A stretch of DNA of 64,000 bases from Strigamia acuminata (Eukaryota): contig OX442314.1 of NCBI GenBank assembly GCA_949358305.1, positions 16,244,001 through 16,308,000 of the forward strand. Reading direction: 5' to 3'. Made by a program: the position numbers and the translations under genes. How positions within the stretch are numbered: the stretch's first letter is position 1; each line of letters starts with the position of its first letter. The notes under the pieces are model-generated. The model did no database searches and was not told the origin of the DNA. It saw nothing but the letters and a program-made list of their open reading frames with translations. Positions 19,916 through 33,038 of the stretch are shown here, in pieces.

Positions 19916-20977
19916 ATGTGAACGTAGATGCAACTGTGTTGGTGGAATTAACACTGACAATACATGGCAAAGTTTCGCTGGGTTTGTCGATAAGAGTTAA
20001 TCACTTCTGATGAATTGAATTGACGTCTTTTGGCTGCGTGCACTTTATCACCTATATCTATCATGTGTCAGATTTAATAAGGAGAGTGATATTTATGAAA
20101 CAACGACCTATTCAGTGTAGTTCTGAAAATAATTATTATAAATCCTTTGATTGAAATTAAGATGATGTATTTTTGGAATATAATTCTTTCTAATGCAAAG
20201 AGTTGTAAGCAATAATTTTTGTTTATTATTTTTAATAATCTTCAATTTTATCAAAATTTATCAAAAATATTGAGGAAATTATGATGTTGTCGTAAAATTG
20301 TATCGTAAATGATGTGATAACGAGAAGCAAGTAGCATTCCTAGTAGCTTATTCATCCAAGTACTGATCAGGCTCTTTGCTGCTCTGTGTGTATCTTAAAA
20401 TTAAACTTTTTTCGTTTACGACCTCCTTTTGTTCGGTTATACAGGCACATATACAAATCAAACATTTTTTGAGACCCAGATATTATCCTTTTTGTACCTT
20501 GCGCTGATAACTTCAGCTTGCTTGTAAGCAGAAATTATTAAAAATTATTAGACTGCGTTTCTTTATCGGAAGAAATGTGACTTATCATTGCAGTCAACAG
20601 ATACCGTAAGAAAATAGGTAATCACTTTGATGTATGTGTATTTACCATTTTTGAAATAAGATCACGTTAATAAAATGACAAAAAAGAGGATATGTTTTTT
20701 ATTTGGCGGGTATAAAAACATAAAAAGATGCATCAATTAAAAAAGTATTTGTAATATCCTGTTGAAATAAAAAATGACAGACCGTGACACCAGAGACATC
20801 ATTCCCTGCAGTATCCAGGTTTACTGAGACACATGGTTAGCTTAGTTTATAGATTAAAATACTTAGAATAATGCTGTATTACATTAATTATTATATGCAA
20901 CAAAAAAAATGTGTGGGTCGATTTTAATTTTTGGATATCTTTTTTTAATTTTTTTTATTTCCGATAGGGTTTTTAAT

Positions 20978-23798
20978 TTAAGTGTAATTTTCTTTTAATA
21001 ATGACACTGTCTCATCAACTCGTGATTTTCCCATCATTTTGTCTACATCTTGAAGCGTACTCGGCATAAATTTATGGAAAGTTTCTGGCAGCAACCAAAT
21101 TATGGCGCCAGCAATCAGCATCAACACTCCAAAAAATGTTTGTGGAAGAGGTTCCCAAATATGATTCTATAAAAATAAATTCATTAAATTAGGGTTTAAC
21201 ACATGTACTGTATGAGATCTAACCAATGAATATAAAATTTGAGGAGTGATGGTACTGCCTATTCGGCTTGCTGTAGAACAAATACCAATACCCGTGGATC
21301 TGAAAATTATTGCACAAAAAAAAAAACACATTTAATAGTGTTATTATGTTTCAATTTGAGGGATTCTGATTCACATCTATAAAAATGTTATCTCACATCT
21401 TTCACAACTTAAGTTATATCTTTTTGCCGTGTAAACCAATATTGTTTGATCTTTCTTTGTTAACACTAGCAGTATCAACCTAAAATAAATTCCTTACTCA
21501 CCCAAACTTGTCATTTCTGACCCAAAGCCAAAATAACTTTTCCAAAAATATATGAAAATGATTCTATTTTATGACTATTTCATGTTGTCGAAAGAGTATG
21601 ACAAAAATAATTGAGATTGAATTCAGAAGTACGTAGTGGGTAAACGAAGAAATTTCATGAACTTAGATTCAAAAAACAGTTAGTTTTTTCGTTGTTTTCG
21701 TTATTTAAAGAAAATTCATGAAATTTTAGACAGAAAATCCCGTTAGTTTTTGAGAAAAAAATAAAAACACTTTTGGAGGTCAAAATTGACTCTAGGATGG
21801 GGCGGAGAGGGTAAAATTAGGGCTCCATGTTTGTTGTAGCTGAGGTTAGGATCCTGCAATACCTAAACCAACCCTGCTTTTAATGCAATCAAGATTTGTT
21901 TTGGAACTTTTTGGATGTTGTGTGTGTACACCGACAAACATTTATTGCTGTGTGAGATTATTGAGAATAATGGGCCGTTTGATTCATGTTATATCAACAC
22001 GGTTAAAGATGGAGTACCTTAGGAATGTAGGAAATAATTCTGATGCATATATGAGAAGCATGCCGGCAGTCGCGGTTGTCAGATTTCTGCTGACTAAAGC
22101 CATAAATAATGCTATTAATTTTATCGCTTGGTGCCAATTTTTAGAATAATATATTAAGATAAATCCGCCAATACACAACAAACCACAAGAGCCGAATAGA
22201 ATACTGAAAATTTTGACACGGCCACACCTTGAAGAAAAAAAGGAGAAAAAAATTAATATTTTTGTTTAAGAAACAACAGAAATTTACTTTACCAATTAAA
22301 TAGGGCTAAAAATATTGCCAGAATAAATATTTGTAAGATACCGTTGATAAGGTAATTGGTATAAACATTTCCTTCTAATGCTGATATCGAGAAAGATAAT
22401 CCACTAATAACCAAATTGTTCACCAAACTAAAGATAAATTTCTCCGTCAGTGTGTTAACTCTTACTTATGTGATTACACAACCCACATCAAGTATGTGAT
22501 GACGAGAGTGATTTTTGTTAATGATGGATGGCAAAGCAGAATTTTATAATTTTTGAGCGAGGACTTGGACTGTTTATGTAGAAATTCTTGAGCTTGCTCT
22601 TCCAAGTCGGTTTCTAAAGTGTCGGGAACCGACAGTTTGTTGAACTTAGCAAAACCTTCCAACACTTTTTTGGATTTTTCTAATTTGTTTTGACTTATTA
22701 ACCACGGAACTGATTCTGGAAGAAACCTAAAATCGTTTAATTATTAGTCATTACATTCCGATTGAATTGAAGTACATTACCAGCTTGAAATAGTAGACAG
22801 AGCCAAAAATATTCCTTCAATAAATACAACAACTCTCCAGTTTAGAAGAAAATACATGAGATACATTTGCACGGGAAGGCACACAGCAGCTATGAAAACA
22901 GTTAAATAGGATGCAATAGTTCTACTTCTTCGTCGAAACAGTTCTGATATATATGTGGTAGAACTTGTTTGAGCACCCTTCAATGAAAATAATTAATAGT
23001 GATATTAATAGTGATGTTCTCGCATTCTCAATTTTTTACTTGCGAAAAAAATCCGGCCAAAAATCTGATTAGCATAAAAGTATTTAAATCAGGTGAATAA
23101 GTGCAGGCCAAAGTGACGGCAGTTAGGAAAGGAAGAGCTATAATTATGGTGGTTTTTCTTCCGTATTTGTCAGATAAATAACCAAACACCAGACTTCCTA
23201 GCATGACACCAAAGAAAGGCACAGTGAGAGCGAGACGAAAAAGATATTCTCGCTCACAGACTAAATCAAACTGGAAATAAATGAAAGTAAATTTAATTTA
23301 GTGTTTATTAAGTTGAATAATTTGTTTTTTGGTCTTTTTTATTTCTTCTTTACACTTTGTACTTTTCTTATCGGCTTTAAGAGAGGATGTTGTTATTGCT
23401 TAATAATTTACCTCATTTGAAGGATAAATTTCTCCTCGGAGGGTTTCGTATGTCCAACCGTTTGGACATGGAATTATTTCTTTACTTCGATTGTGGAAAT
23501 TGTAAGAATAAACTGTGCATTCATCTTTAGTTATGTATGATATGTTGTAAGAGATGGTCGGTGGTGCCTGTTTGTAAGAAACAATATACAATCAAATGTA
23601 TTGAACGTGGCAAAGGGTTAATTTAATGACTGATATTACTTTGCAATAATGGTGTGGAATGTAAGTCATCAAGATACTAAACTGCTGATTAATTATGAAT
23701 TGCAGTGTTATGAATACAAGTATCATACCGTATATTAATTGACATTTTCCGGGATTTCCGAATTCTGAGAGCAAATCATCCAAGTTTTTGCGCGCCAT
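20978..23798 (-). CDS. SLC22-like transporter, copy B
   Basis: MARKNLDDLLSEFGNPGKCQ; CPNGWTY; SDKYGRK; PESVPWL; SELFPTFLR; LPETF; ends DETVSLLKENYT*. Same exon layout as A; intron 7 is enlarged to ~0.7 kb. Confidence 0.87.
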
Positions 23799-23899
23799 TA
23801 CTAAACGTCATGTCTGATGTCACAGATCAATACACTATGAGATATAAAATTACATCAAATGATAAATAACATGATAAACAAAATTATTAAGTTTATATT

Positions 23900-24755
23900 A
23901 CGTAGTTTTTTTTTTCTCGTAATTGCGTTTTATCTACATCTCGTAATTCTGTCAACATCTTCAAGTGACTGCGGTAAGCTTCTTTTAAAAGTTTCTATCA
24001 AAAGAAAAACAATTATATTCATTTCATGTGGCTTAAGTTGGATGAAGATTACCAGTCTGTATAAAATTTGAGGTGTGAGATACTGTCTAAACGACTTACC
24101 GTAGAATAGACACCAAGACCCTGTGGATCTGAAAATTTGAGTAGCCTATATCATTAATTTATCTCTCGTATCCAATGATAGACTCAAAATTCGTCAAAGA
24201 AAGTTGATATTAATTCTGATGCATGTGTGGCGAGCACGCTTGCAATTGCGGTTGTCAAGTTTCTGTTCATTAAAACCATAATCCCAAGTTGCATGTATGT
24301 ATATGTACTGTACGTGTAGGTATGTACATTGTGTTGCTTGTTGATTAAATATAAATAAAAAAAAAAAATTCCGTGTTAAATACGGAGTACATCGTTTGAT
24401 GGATATGCTTCTCTTCACAGGGTCTCATATACCAAACTATGGAATTTCTCGCTTACTCCGATCTGCTTTTATTGTATATGAATTCTTACTTGTTAGTGAT
24501 CTAAGAGATATTCGAAGGTGAACCTATTTTTTAAGAGACAGAAGAAATCCATTATCACCAAATGATTATCAGTGTTTTAAAGTAATGATAGTTATTAACT
24601 TGCAGTAATAGTCTGGAACGAAGGATGACACAAAAGTATAGGCCTACTGCTGAATAATTAATTTGCCATTGTATATAAGACGAGCTCTGCAGTAATTGAC
24701 ATTTGCCAAGATTTCCGAAATCAGACAGAAAATCATCTAAATCTTTGCGTGCCAT
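23900..24755 (-). pseudogene. Collapsed SLC22-like pseudogene (degraded exon 1 plus exons 8-9; middle exons missing)
   Basis: 24598-24755 reads MARKDLDDFLSDFGNLGKCQL and then loses frame. 24052-24130 resembles exon 8 (STGSWCLFYGKSF, frameshifted). 23900-23997 resembles exon 9 (ETFKRSLPQSLEDVDRI). Only ~470 bp separate exon 1 from exon 8. Confidence 0.8.
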
Positions 24756-25207
24756 TGCCAAAAACAATTGCTAACGAAAATGCAATGGGTCACGGTATGT
24801 TTCGGCAAACTGATAAAAATATTTATTGCTGATAAGTTGTTAGTTGATAAGGACTAAAACACGTGGTTTGTTGCCCGTGTTAATGGGGATACCTTGTGTA
24901 ACTAAAGAAATTACTAATAATGTAATTGTACATCTGGAGTACTGAATTGGCAGTTGTATTTAGGAGATGCGTAACATTTAAGAAGGCAAATGGTAATACG
25001 CGTATCTGAATTAGCGCTTCTCTATATACATAAGTTCGACGTTGCAGTTATGTATGGCAGTTTCATGAAAACAAATATGAGAACGTATAATGAATGCTAG
25101 GGGTTTACAAACTCTTGAGAGTAAATCATTTATAAAAAATTTAACGTGTATCATTTGATCTAGTGTTTATTAATTCGAATTTGTAATCATTGTAACGGTA
25201 AAATTTA

Positions 25208-27514
25208 TTATTTCTTTGTTAATAAAGGTGTTTTCTCATCATCTAGTGATTTTTCTATATCTGTATCTACATCTTCAAGCGATTGTGGCATGCTTCTATT
25301 AAAAGTTTCTGGTAGAAACCACACCACAGCAGCAGCAATCAACATTAACGAACCAAATAATGTTTGTGGAAGGGGTTCCCATACATCATTCTATCGAAAG
25401 AAAAAGAATTATTGTTGCATCGAAACTGCCACCGCATGTATTAAAACTAACCAATGTGTACAAAATTTGAGGTGTGATAGTACTGCCTAAACGACTTGCC
25501 GTAGTATAAACACCCAGTCCAGTTGATCTGTAAATAATTACACAATATTATTTTATCATCAAATATTTCTATTACTTCTATCAAAATACCTCAAGAAAGT
25601 TGGTAATAATTCTGTTGCGTATGTGGGGAGCATGCCTGCAAGTGCGACCGTCAAGTTGGTGCTTACTAAAGCCATAAATAATGCTAGCAGTTGAATCGCT
25701 TGATACCAATTTTTAGAATAAAAAATTAAATTATATCCACCGGCACACAATAAGCCACAAGAAGTAAACAGTAGAATGAATATCCTAACACGGCCAAACC
25801 TTGAACAAGAACAAAAAAATGAATACATACATTACAACAAAAAATATCGAGAATACCAATTAAATAGACATAAACAAATTGTCAGAATAAATATCTGTAG
25901 AATACTATTGATAAGGTAATTGGTATAAACATTTCCTTCTAACGCCGCTATTGAGAACGATAATCCACCAGTAACCAAATGGTTTGTAAACCTATGGAAG
26001 AAAAGGATTTACTTGTTATAATTTATCTTTGTTGAATTTATGAATAATTTAAATCTACATCATGTATATAATTGAAAGAGTGATTTTTGTTAGTGAAGAG
26101 TGACAAAACAAAATCCGATAATTTTTAATCGATGATTTTGATTGTTTGTTTAGAAATTCTTGAGCTTGCGCTTTCAAATCTTCGTCTAAGGTTTCCGAAA
26201 TGGGCAGCTTGTTGATTTTAGCAAACTTTTTTAAAATTTCTTTTGCTTTTTCTAATTTGTTTTTGCTTATTAACCACGTGACTGATTCTGGCAGAAACCT
26301 AAATAAATTTAATTGATAATTTTTAATTAAACCGGACTTTAAAATGAATAAAACACAATAATTACCAGCTTGTTATAACACCTGTTGACAAAATGATCAC
26401 CTGAATAAAAAGTAGCGTTCTCCAATTGCGGAAAAAATACATCAAATACATTTGCACAGGTAGCAAAATAGTAGTATTAAATAAAGTTATGTAATACATG
26501 ATTGTTCTGATCTTTCGCCGGAATAATTCCGATCGATATGTGGTCTCACAAGTCTGAACACCCTTCAATTAAAATTGTTAGTACTCTGTGGTAAAGTATT
26601 CAAATTATGAATTTTTACTTGCGAGAAAAACCCGGATAGCAATCGGAGTATTAAGAAAGTTGTGAAATCAGGAGAAAAGGCGCAGCCTATGGTTACTAGG
26701 GACAGTAAAGGAAGGACGACAGTCAAGATTCTTTTTCTTCCATACTTATCGGATAAAAAACCAAAAATTAAACTGCCTAGCATTATACCAATGTAAGGCA
26801 CGGTGAGGCCGAGACGAAAGAGATATTCACGGTCACAAACTAAATCAAACTGAATGAAATTGAAGGAAAAAACGATTATTAAATGAAAACTAGCTGTTAG
26901 CGCTCCATGGCTGTGGACGGTGTAGCAAAATTATAAATTTATTTTGTTTCCTTGTATGAGTGTTTGAAAGTTTTTTGTTAGCTATTGAATAGCTTTCTTT
27001 GTACTTTTACTTTTTTTGAGTTGACAGACAGTATAGCATGTGAAAACTTATCTTTTATACTTTGCTAGGCTTCTAAACAATCATACGTCTGATAGATAAA
27101 ACAAAATATTTAAAGTCTCGTGCCAATTACCTCATTCGATGGATACACTTCTCCTCGCAGCGTCTCATACACCCAACCATTTGGGCATGGTATTTCTTGT
27201 TTACTCTGATTTAATGCGTAAAAATATGTTGTACAGGAAGCTTTAGTTTTGTGTGATGAGTCGTAAGAGACATTTGTAGGTGTCTGATAATAGAACCCAA
27301 AGAAAATCGCGTATTAAATTTTGGTATGATGAAATAATAACAGATATTACAGTACCTGGCAATAATAATTTGGGACATAAGATGATATAACAGTAAACTG
27401 CTGTGCCATCATCCATTGGAATGAAATAAAAATAACTATGACGCCATATAATAATTGACATTTACCAGGATCGCCGAATTCAGTCAGAAATTCATCTAAA
27501 TTTTTTAGCCTCAT
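25208..27514 (-). CDS. SLC22-like transporter, copy C
   Basis: Approximate exons 27358-27514, 27131-27283, 26619-26849, 26365-26562, 26059-26298, 25857-25991, 25589-25799, 25452-25526, 25208-25390. MRLKNLDEFLTEFGDPG...DEKTPLLTKK*; all SLC22-type motifs present. Confidence 0.88.
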
Positions 27515-28223
27515 TGTCAATTCCGAACACTAAATCACTAATGAAAAAGTCATGATACGCTGTGATAATCAGTATGATAAGATTCTTTATTGATGTAATC
27601 AAATTGATTTGTTTTTATACATAGATCTGAATGTTTTTTGCATATTGGTGGGAATAACTGTTTAAATTAAAAATTTAAACATATGAATAACTGTTTAAAT
27701 TAAAAATTTAAACATATTACTAATTGATTCATTATAACCTAAATTAATCGACCATTCAGGAGATAGATCACATAGGAATGATAGAATGCTCCAGCACTTA
27801 CTAGTATCTATCAAGTTTGATGTTTGTGCATTGTATCCAAATTATAACTATTTCCCTCTGGTGTTAGAAATAATACCGGGAACGACATCACGTGTTTAGT
27901 TATAAAAAATCAGTTGCAACCCAAGTTGTGTGTGAGAAAGAGGTATTATTGACTCTCGTCTCAGAACAATACAGTTTTCAGCCCTGTTATCTTTACGACG
28001 GTAGCAACATTAGGGTTAGCAGTTAGTTTGTGCTAGTTGACACAAGTGTATTGGGCCAGGACATTAATTGTAATATGTCTTCCTCTGTTGGGAAGACATC
28101 CATGTTCGTCCTGTATCATGTTGCTGTTTTCGGAATTTGGAGTTAACTGATTTATTCAATAACAGGGGTGAAATTGCCATGGTGTGCACCATCGCAGCTC
28201 TACATTGTTGTGGAATTGTTGTA

Positions 28224-29103
28224 CCGGGTGGCCCACATAAAAGCGGCCCGACAATACACGGAGGCTTACGAAGGGTGACTCAAAAAATGTATACATGCAC
28301 AAAATTAAATATACATTAATCATTAGCTGTGCGCAGTGTCGTTTAATTAACGTTTCTAGTGCAGTTTTTTCCGCTCTTTCGTTTGGTGTTTAGTTTTGAA
28401 CGATCCGAGCTTTCGTTCTCGAGATATTTGCATTTTTCATTAATTTTTGTCCGAATTTTCTAAATTTGATGGCACTAGTCAGCTTGAATTTTAGATTTTG
28501 TGGTAATTTTGTGGATTTCTTCAGCAGTACCGGTACAGGTATAGGTACACAGTACTTATCAAAAAATACCGCAATTTGTGGGACTGGTACGGTACCTGTA
28601 ACACTTTTTTGGTACCAAACGACTTTACTTTAGCAAAATCTCAAAAAATGTAGCAAAACCTCACAAAATCAAGCACACTCTTACAAAATCTCACAAAATC
28701 AAGTACAATCTTACAAAATCTCACAAAATCAAGCACAATCTCACAAAATCTTACAAAATCAAGCAAAATCTCATACTGGTACATCTGAAGAAATCCATAA
28801 AAGTACCATTGAAGAGATTCAAAAACTACCACAAAATTCAGGAATGGCTAGTGCAATCAAACTTGGCGAATTCGGACAATAATTGATTAAAATCGCAAAT
28901 ATCTTGAGAACAAAAGCTAAGGATCGTCAAAAACTAAACACCAAACGAAAGAGCGGAAAAAACTGTACTAGAAACGTTAATTGAACAACCCTGACCACAG
29001 CTAATGATTTATGTATATTTAATTTTGTGCATGTATACATTTTTTGAGTCGCCCTTCGCAAGCCTCCGTGTATTGTCAGGCCGCTTTTATGTGGGCCACC
29101 CGG
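28224..29103. mobile_element. Mariner-type MITE (880 bp) with long TIRs and an internal 10-bp minisatellite
   Basis: TA-ccgggtggcccacataaaagcggc ... gccgcttttatgtgggccacccgg-TA, arms ~290 bp. The empty site (gaattgttgTAgtaaagaat) is present in the paralogous spacers near 32750 and 36800. Confidence 0.93.
28631..28772. repeat. Minisatellite of 10-bp units (tcacaaaatc / ttacaaaatc / aagcacaatc) with a 30-bp higher-order period
   Basis: Read directly; it explains the spurious repetitive ORF 28641-28832. Confidence 0.85.
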
Positions 29104-29658
29104 TAGTTAAGAATATACACGAAAAGGGCTATGATAATACAAAACAAATTGCCTAATGTAAATAGGGCCGGCAGAAATTTATACTGATTCACATCGCTTT
29201 TGGCAGCAATCACAATGTGGATTCGGTGTTGCATGCTGTCTGCCAATCTTTGGCAGGTACCCTGAATAATTCCATCCTAAATTTTAATGAGAAGTCTGTA
29301 TAAACCATCCGTTAAACGTTGGAACCACAGACCTAAATACTAGGTATAAAAAAAACTGGGTTTGTTCACATGTTAATGGGAATAATTTCGCAAAACGAAC
29401 GAATTTGTACATCACAGACTGAGCGCGATCCGATTTTATTACGGTAGGCAGTATATTTGTGTGGAATATGATGCTAAACTGCATTAGTTACAATTATAAA
29501 TGGCAATATAATGAAAATTTGTATGAAAACCATATAAAATATGCTAATTTACCGCTACCAAGATCATATAAAGAGAAAATTATTTCTATCGTGGGTATTG
29601 TTTGTTCTAGTGTTTATAGATTTGAACTCGTAATCACCGTGATTAGAAATTTTATTAT

Positions 29659-31984
29659 TTATTTCTTCATTAATAAAGGTGTTTTCTCATCAACTAGTGA
29701 TTTTTCTATAACTGTATCAACATCTTCAAGCGATTGTGGCATGCTTCTATTAAAAGTTTCTGGTAGAAACCACACCACAGCAGCAGCAATCAACATTAAC
29801 GAACCAAATAATGTTTGTGGAAGGGGTTCCCATACATCATTCTATCGAAAGAAAAAGAATTATAGTTTTATCAAAACTGCCATCGCATATATTAAAACTA
29901 ACCAAGGTGTACAAAATTTGAGGTGTGATAGTACTGCCTAAACGACTTGCCGTAGTATAAACACCGAGTCCAGTGGATCTGAAAATAATTACTCAACATT
30001 ATTTTCCCATCAAATAATTATATTAATACCATCAGAATACCTCAAGAAAGTTGGTAATAATTCTGATGCGTATGTTGGGAGCATGCCTGCAAGTGCGACC
30101 GTCAAGTTGCTACTTACTAAAGCCATAAATAATGCTAACAGTTGAATCGCTTGATGCCAATTTTTAGAATAAAAAATTAAATTATATCCACCGGCACACA
30201 ATAAGCCACAAGAAGTAAACAGTAGAATGAATATCCTGACACGGCCAAACCTTGAACAAGAACAAAAAAATGAATACATACATTGCAACAAATATATCGA
30301 GAGTACCAATTAAAAAGGCATAAACAAATTGCCAGAATAAATATTTGTAGAATAGCATTGGTAAGGTAATTGGTATAAACATTTCCTTTTAATGCCGATA
30401 TTGAGAAAATTAATCCACCAGTAACCAAATGGTTTGTAAACCTATGGAAGAAAAGAATTTACTGTATGATTTTATCTTCGTTGGATTCATATATAATTTA
30501 AAACTACATCATGTATATAATTGAAAGTGTGATTCTTGTTAGTGAAGAGTGACAAAATAAAATCCGATAATTTTGTATCGATGATTTTGATTGTTTGTTT
30601 AGAAATACTTGAGCTTGCTCTTTCAAATCTTCGTCTAAGGTTTCCGAAATGGGCATCTTGTTGACTTTAGCAAACCTTTTTAAAATTGTTTTGGCTTTTT
30701 CTAATTTGTTTTTGCTTATTAACCACGTGACTGATTCTGGCAGAAACCTAAATAAATTTAATTGATAATTTTTAATTAAACTTGACTTTAAAATGAATAA
30801 AATACAATAATTACCAGCTTGTTATAACACCTGTTAGCAAAATTATCACCTGAATAAAAATTAGCGTTCTCCAATTTCGGAAAAAATACATGAAATACAT
30901 TTGCACAGGTAGCAAAATAGTAGAATTAAATAAAGTTATGTAAGATATAATTGTTCTGATCTTTCGCCTGAATAATTCCGATCGATATGTGGTCTCACAA
31001 GTCTGAACACCCTTCAATTAAAATTGTTATTACTCTATGGTAAAACATTCAAATTTTCAATTTTTACTTGAGAGAAAAACCCGGACAGCAATCGGAGTAT
31101 TAAGAAAGTTGTGAAATCAGGAGAAAAGGCAAGGCCTATGGTTACTAGGGACAGTAAAGGAAGAACGACAGTCAAGATTCTTTTTCTTCCATACTTATCG
31201 GATAAAAAACCAAAAATTAAACTGCCCAGCATTATCCCAATGTAAGGCACGGTGAGGCCGAGACGAAAGAGATATTCACGGTCACAAACTAAATCAAACT
31301 GAATGAAATTGAAGGAAAAAACGATTATTAAATGAAAACTTGCCGTTAGCGCTTTATGGCTGTGGACGGTGTAGCAAAATTATAAATTTATTTTATATAT
31401 GAGTGTTTGAAAGTTAGACAAATAATATGCAAGTTTTTTGTTAACTATTAAATTACGGTACCACTTTCTTTGTACTTTTACTCTTTTTGAGTTGACAGAC
31501 AGAATAGCATGTGTACTTATTAAACTTATCTTTTGTACTTTGGTAGACTTCTAGACAATCATACCTATGATAGATAAAACAAAATATTTAAAGTCTCGTG
31601 CCAATTACCTCATTCGATGGATACACTTCTCCTCGCAGCGTCTCGTACACCCAACCATTTGGGCATGGAATTTCTCGTTTACTCTGATTTAATGGGTAAA
31701 AATAGGTTGTACAGGAAGCCTTAGTTTTGTGTGATGAGACATTTGTAGATGTCTGATAAAAGAACCCAAAGAAAATCGCGGTATTAAATTTTGGTATGAT
31801 GAAATAATAACAGATATTACAGTACCTTGCAGTAATAATTTGGGACATAGGATGTTATAACAGTAAACTGCTGTGCCATCATCCATTGGAATGAAATAAA
31901 AACAACTATGACGCCATATAATAATTGACATTTACCAGGATCGCCGAATTCAGTCAGAAATTTATCTAAAGTTTTGGGTCTCAT
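29659..31984 (-). CDS. SLC22-like transporter, copy D
   Basis: MRPKTLDKFLTEFGDPG...DEKTPLLMKK*; exon-by-exon paralog of C, with an in-frame 9-bp deletion in exon 2. Confidence 0.88.
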
Positions 31985-33038
31985 TGTCAATTACAAACGC
32001 TCTATCACTAATGAAAAAGTCATGATACGCTGTGGTAATCAGTAAGATAAGATACTTTATTAATGTGATCAAATTGATTTGTTTATACACATAGATCTGA
32101 ATGTTTATTGCATATTGGTGGGAATAACTGTTTAAATTATAAATTTATACAGTATAGTTGTTTAAACATTACTAATTGATCCATTATAACCTGAATTAAT
32201 CGACCATTCAGGAGATAGATCACATAGGAATGATAGAAGGCTCTAGCACCTATAGATCTATCAAGTTTGATGTTTGTGCATTGTATCCAAATTATAACTA
32301 TTTAGAAACAATACCAGAGACGATACCACGTATTTAGTTATTAAAATAATCAGTTGCAATCCAAATTGTGTGTGAGAAAGAGGTATTATTGACTCTCGTC
32401 TCGGAACAATACAGTTTGCAGCCCTGTTACCTTTATGGCGGTAGCAACATTAGGGTTAGCAGTTAGGTTGGATTGTCTTAGGAAGTACCAACCCAGACCC
32501 ATGTCCCAAAAATTAATCATTCGAGTTTAATGGATCAAAAGTTTGTTTAGTTTGTGCTAGTTGCCTCAAGTGTATTGGGCCAGGACATTAATTGTAATAT
32601 GTGTTCATCTGTTGGGAAGACATCCATATTCGTCCTATATCATGCATGTTGCTGTTTTGGGATTTTGGAGTTCACTGATTTATTCAAAAAAAGGGGTGAA
32701 ATTGCCATGGTGTGCACCATCGCAACTCTACATTGTTGTGGAATTGTTGTAGTAAAGAATATACACTAAAATGGTTATAATAATACATAACAAATTGCCT
32801 AATGTAAATTGGACCGGCAATCACAATTGCATAGTTACAATTATAAATAGCAATATAATGAAAATTTGTAGGAAAACCTAATAAAATATGCTAATTTACC
32901 GCTATCAGGATCATTTAATTAGTATGATTTCCAAACTCTTAAGAGAAAATTATTTCTACAAAGTTTTATCTGTCGTGGGTATTGTTTGTTGTAGTGTTTA
33001 TAGATTTGAACTCGTAATCACCATGATTAGAAATTTTA

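Larger units (their letters stand above)
28027..29525 (-). mobile_element. Spacer block containing a decayed Tc1-like transposase relic (interrupted by a MITE)
   Basis: 29175-29285 on the minus strand translates to DGIIQGTCQRLADSMQHRIHIVIAAKSDVNQY, which matches the Tc1-family transposase C-terminal SMPxRIxAVIxAKGxxTKY pattern. The same block recurs in other spacers. Element termini not resolved. Confidence 0.65.

Noticed and set aside
28641..28832. ORF with LDFVRFCKIV repeats; resemblance to a CRISPR-like array
   Set aside because: It is a 10/30-bp minisatellite inside a MITE with no unique spacers, in a eukaryotic context.
29459..29941. 160-aa plus-strand ORF (and similar ORFs at 25290-25490 and 23859-24071)
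   Set aside because: Antisense shadows of SLC22 exons 8-9; they recur only because the array is duplicated.
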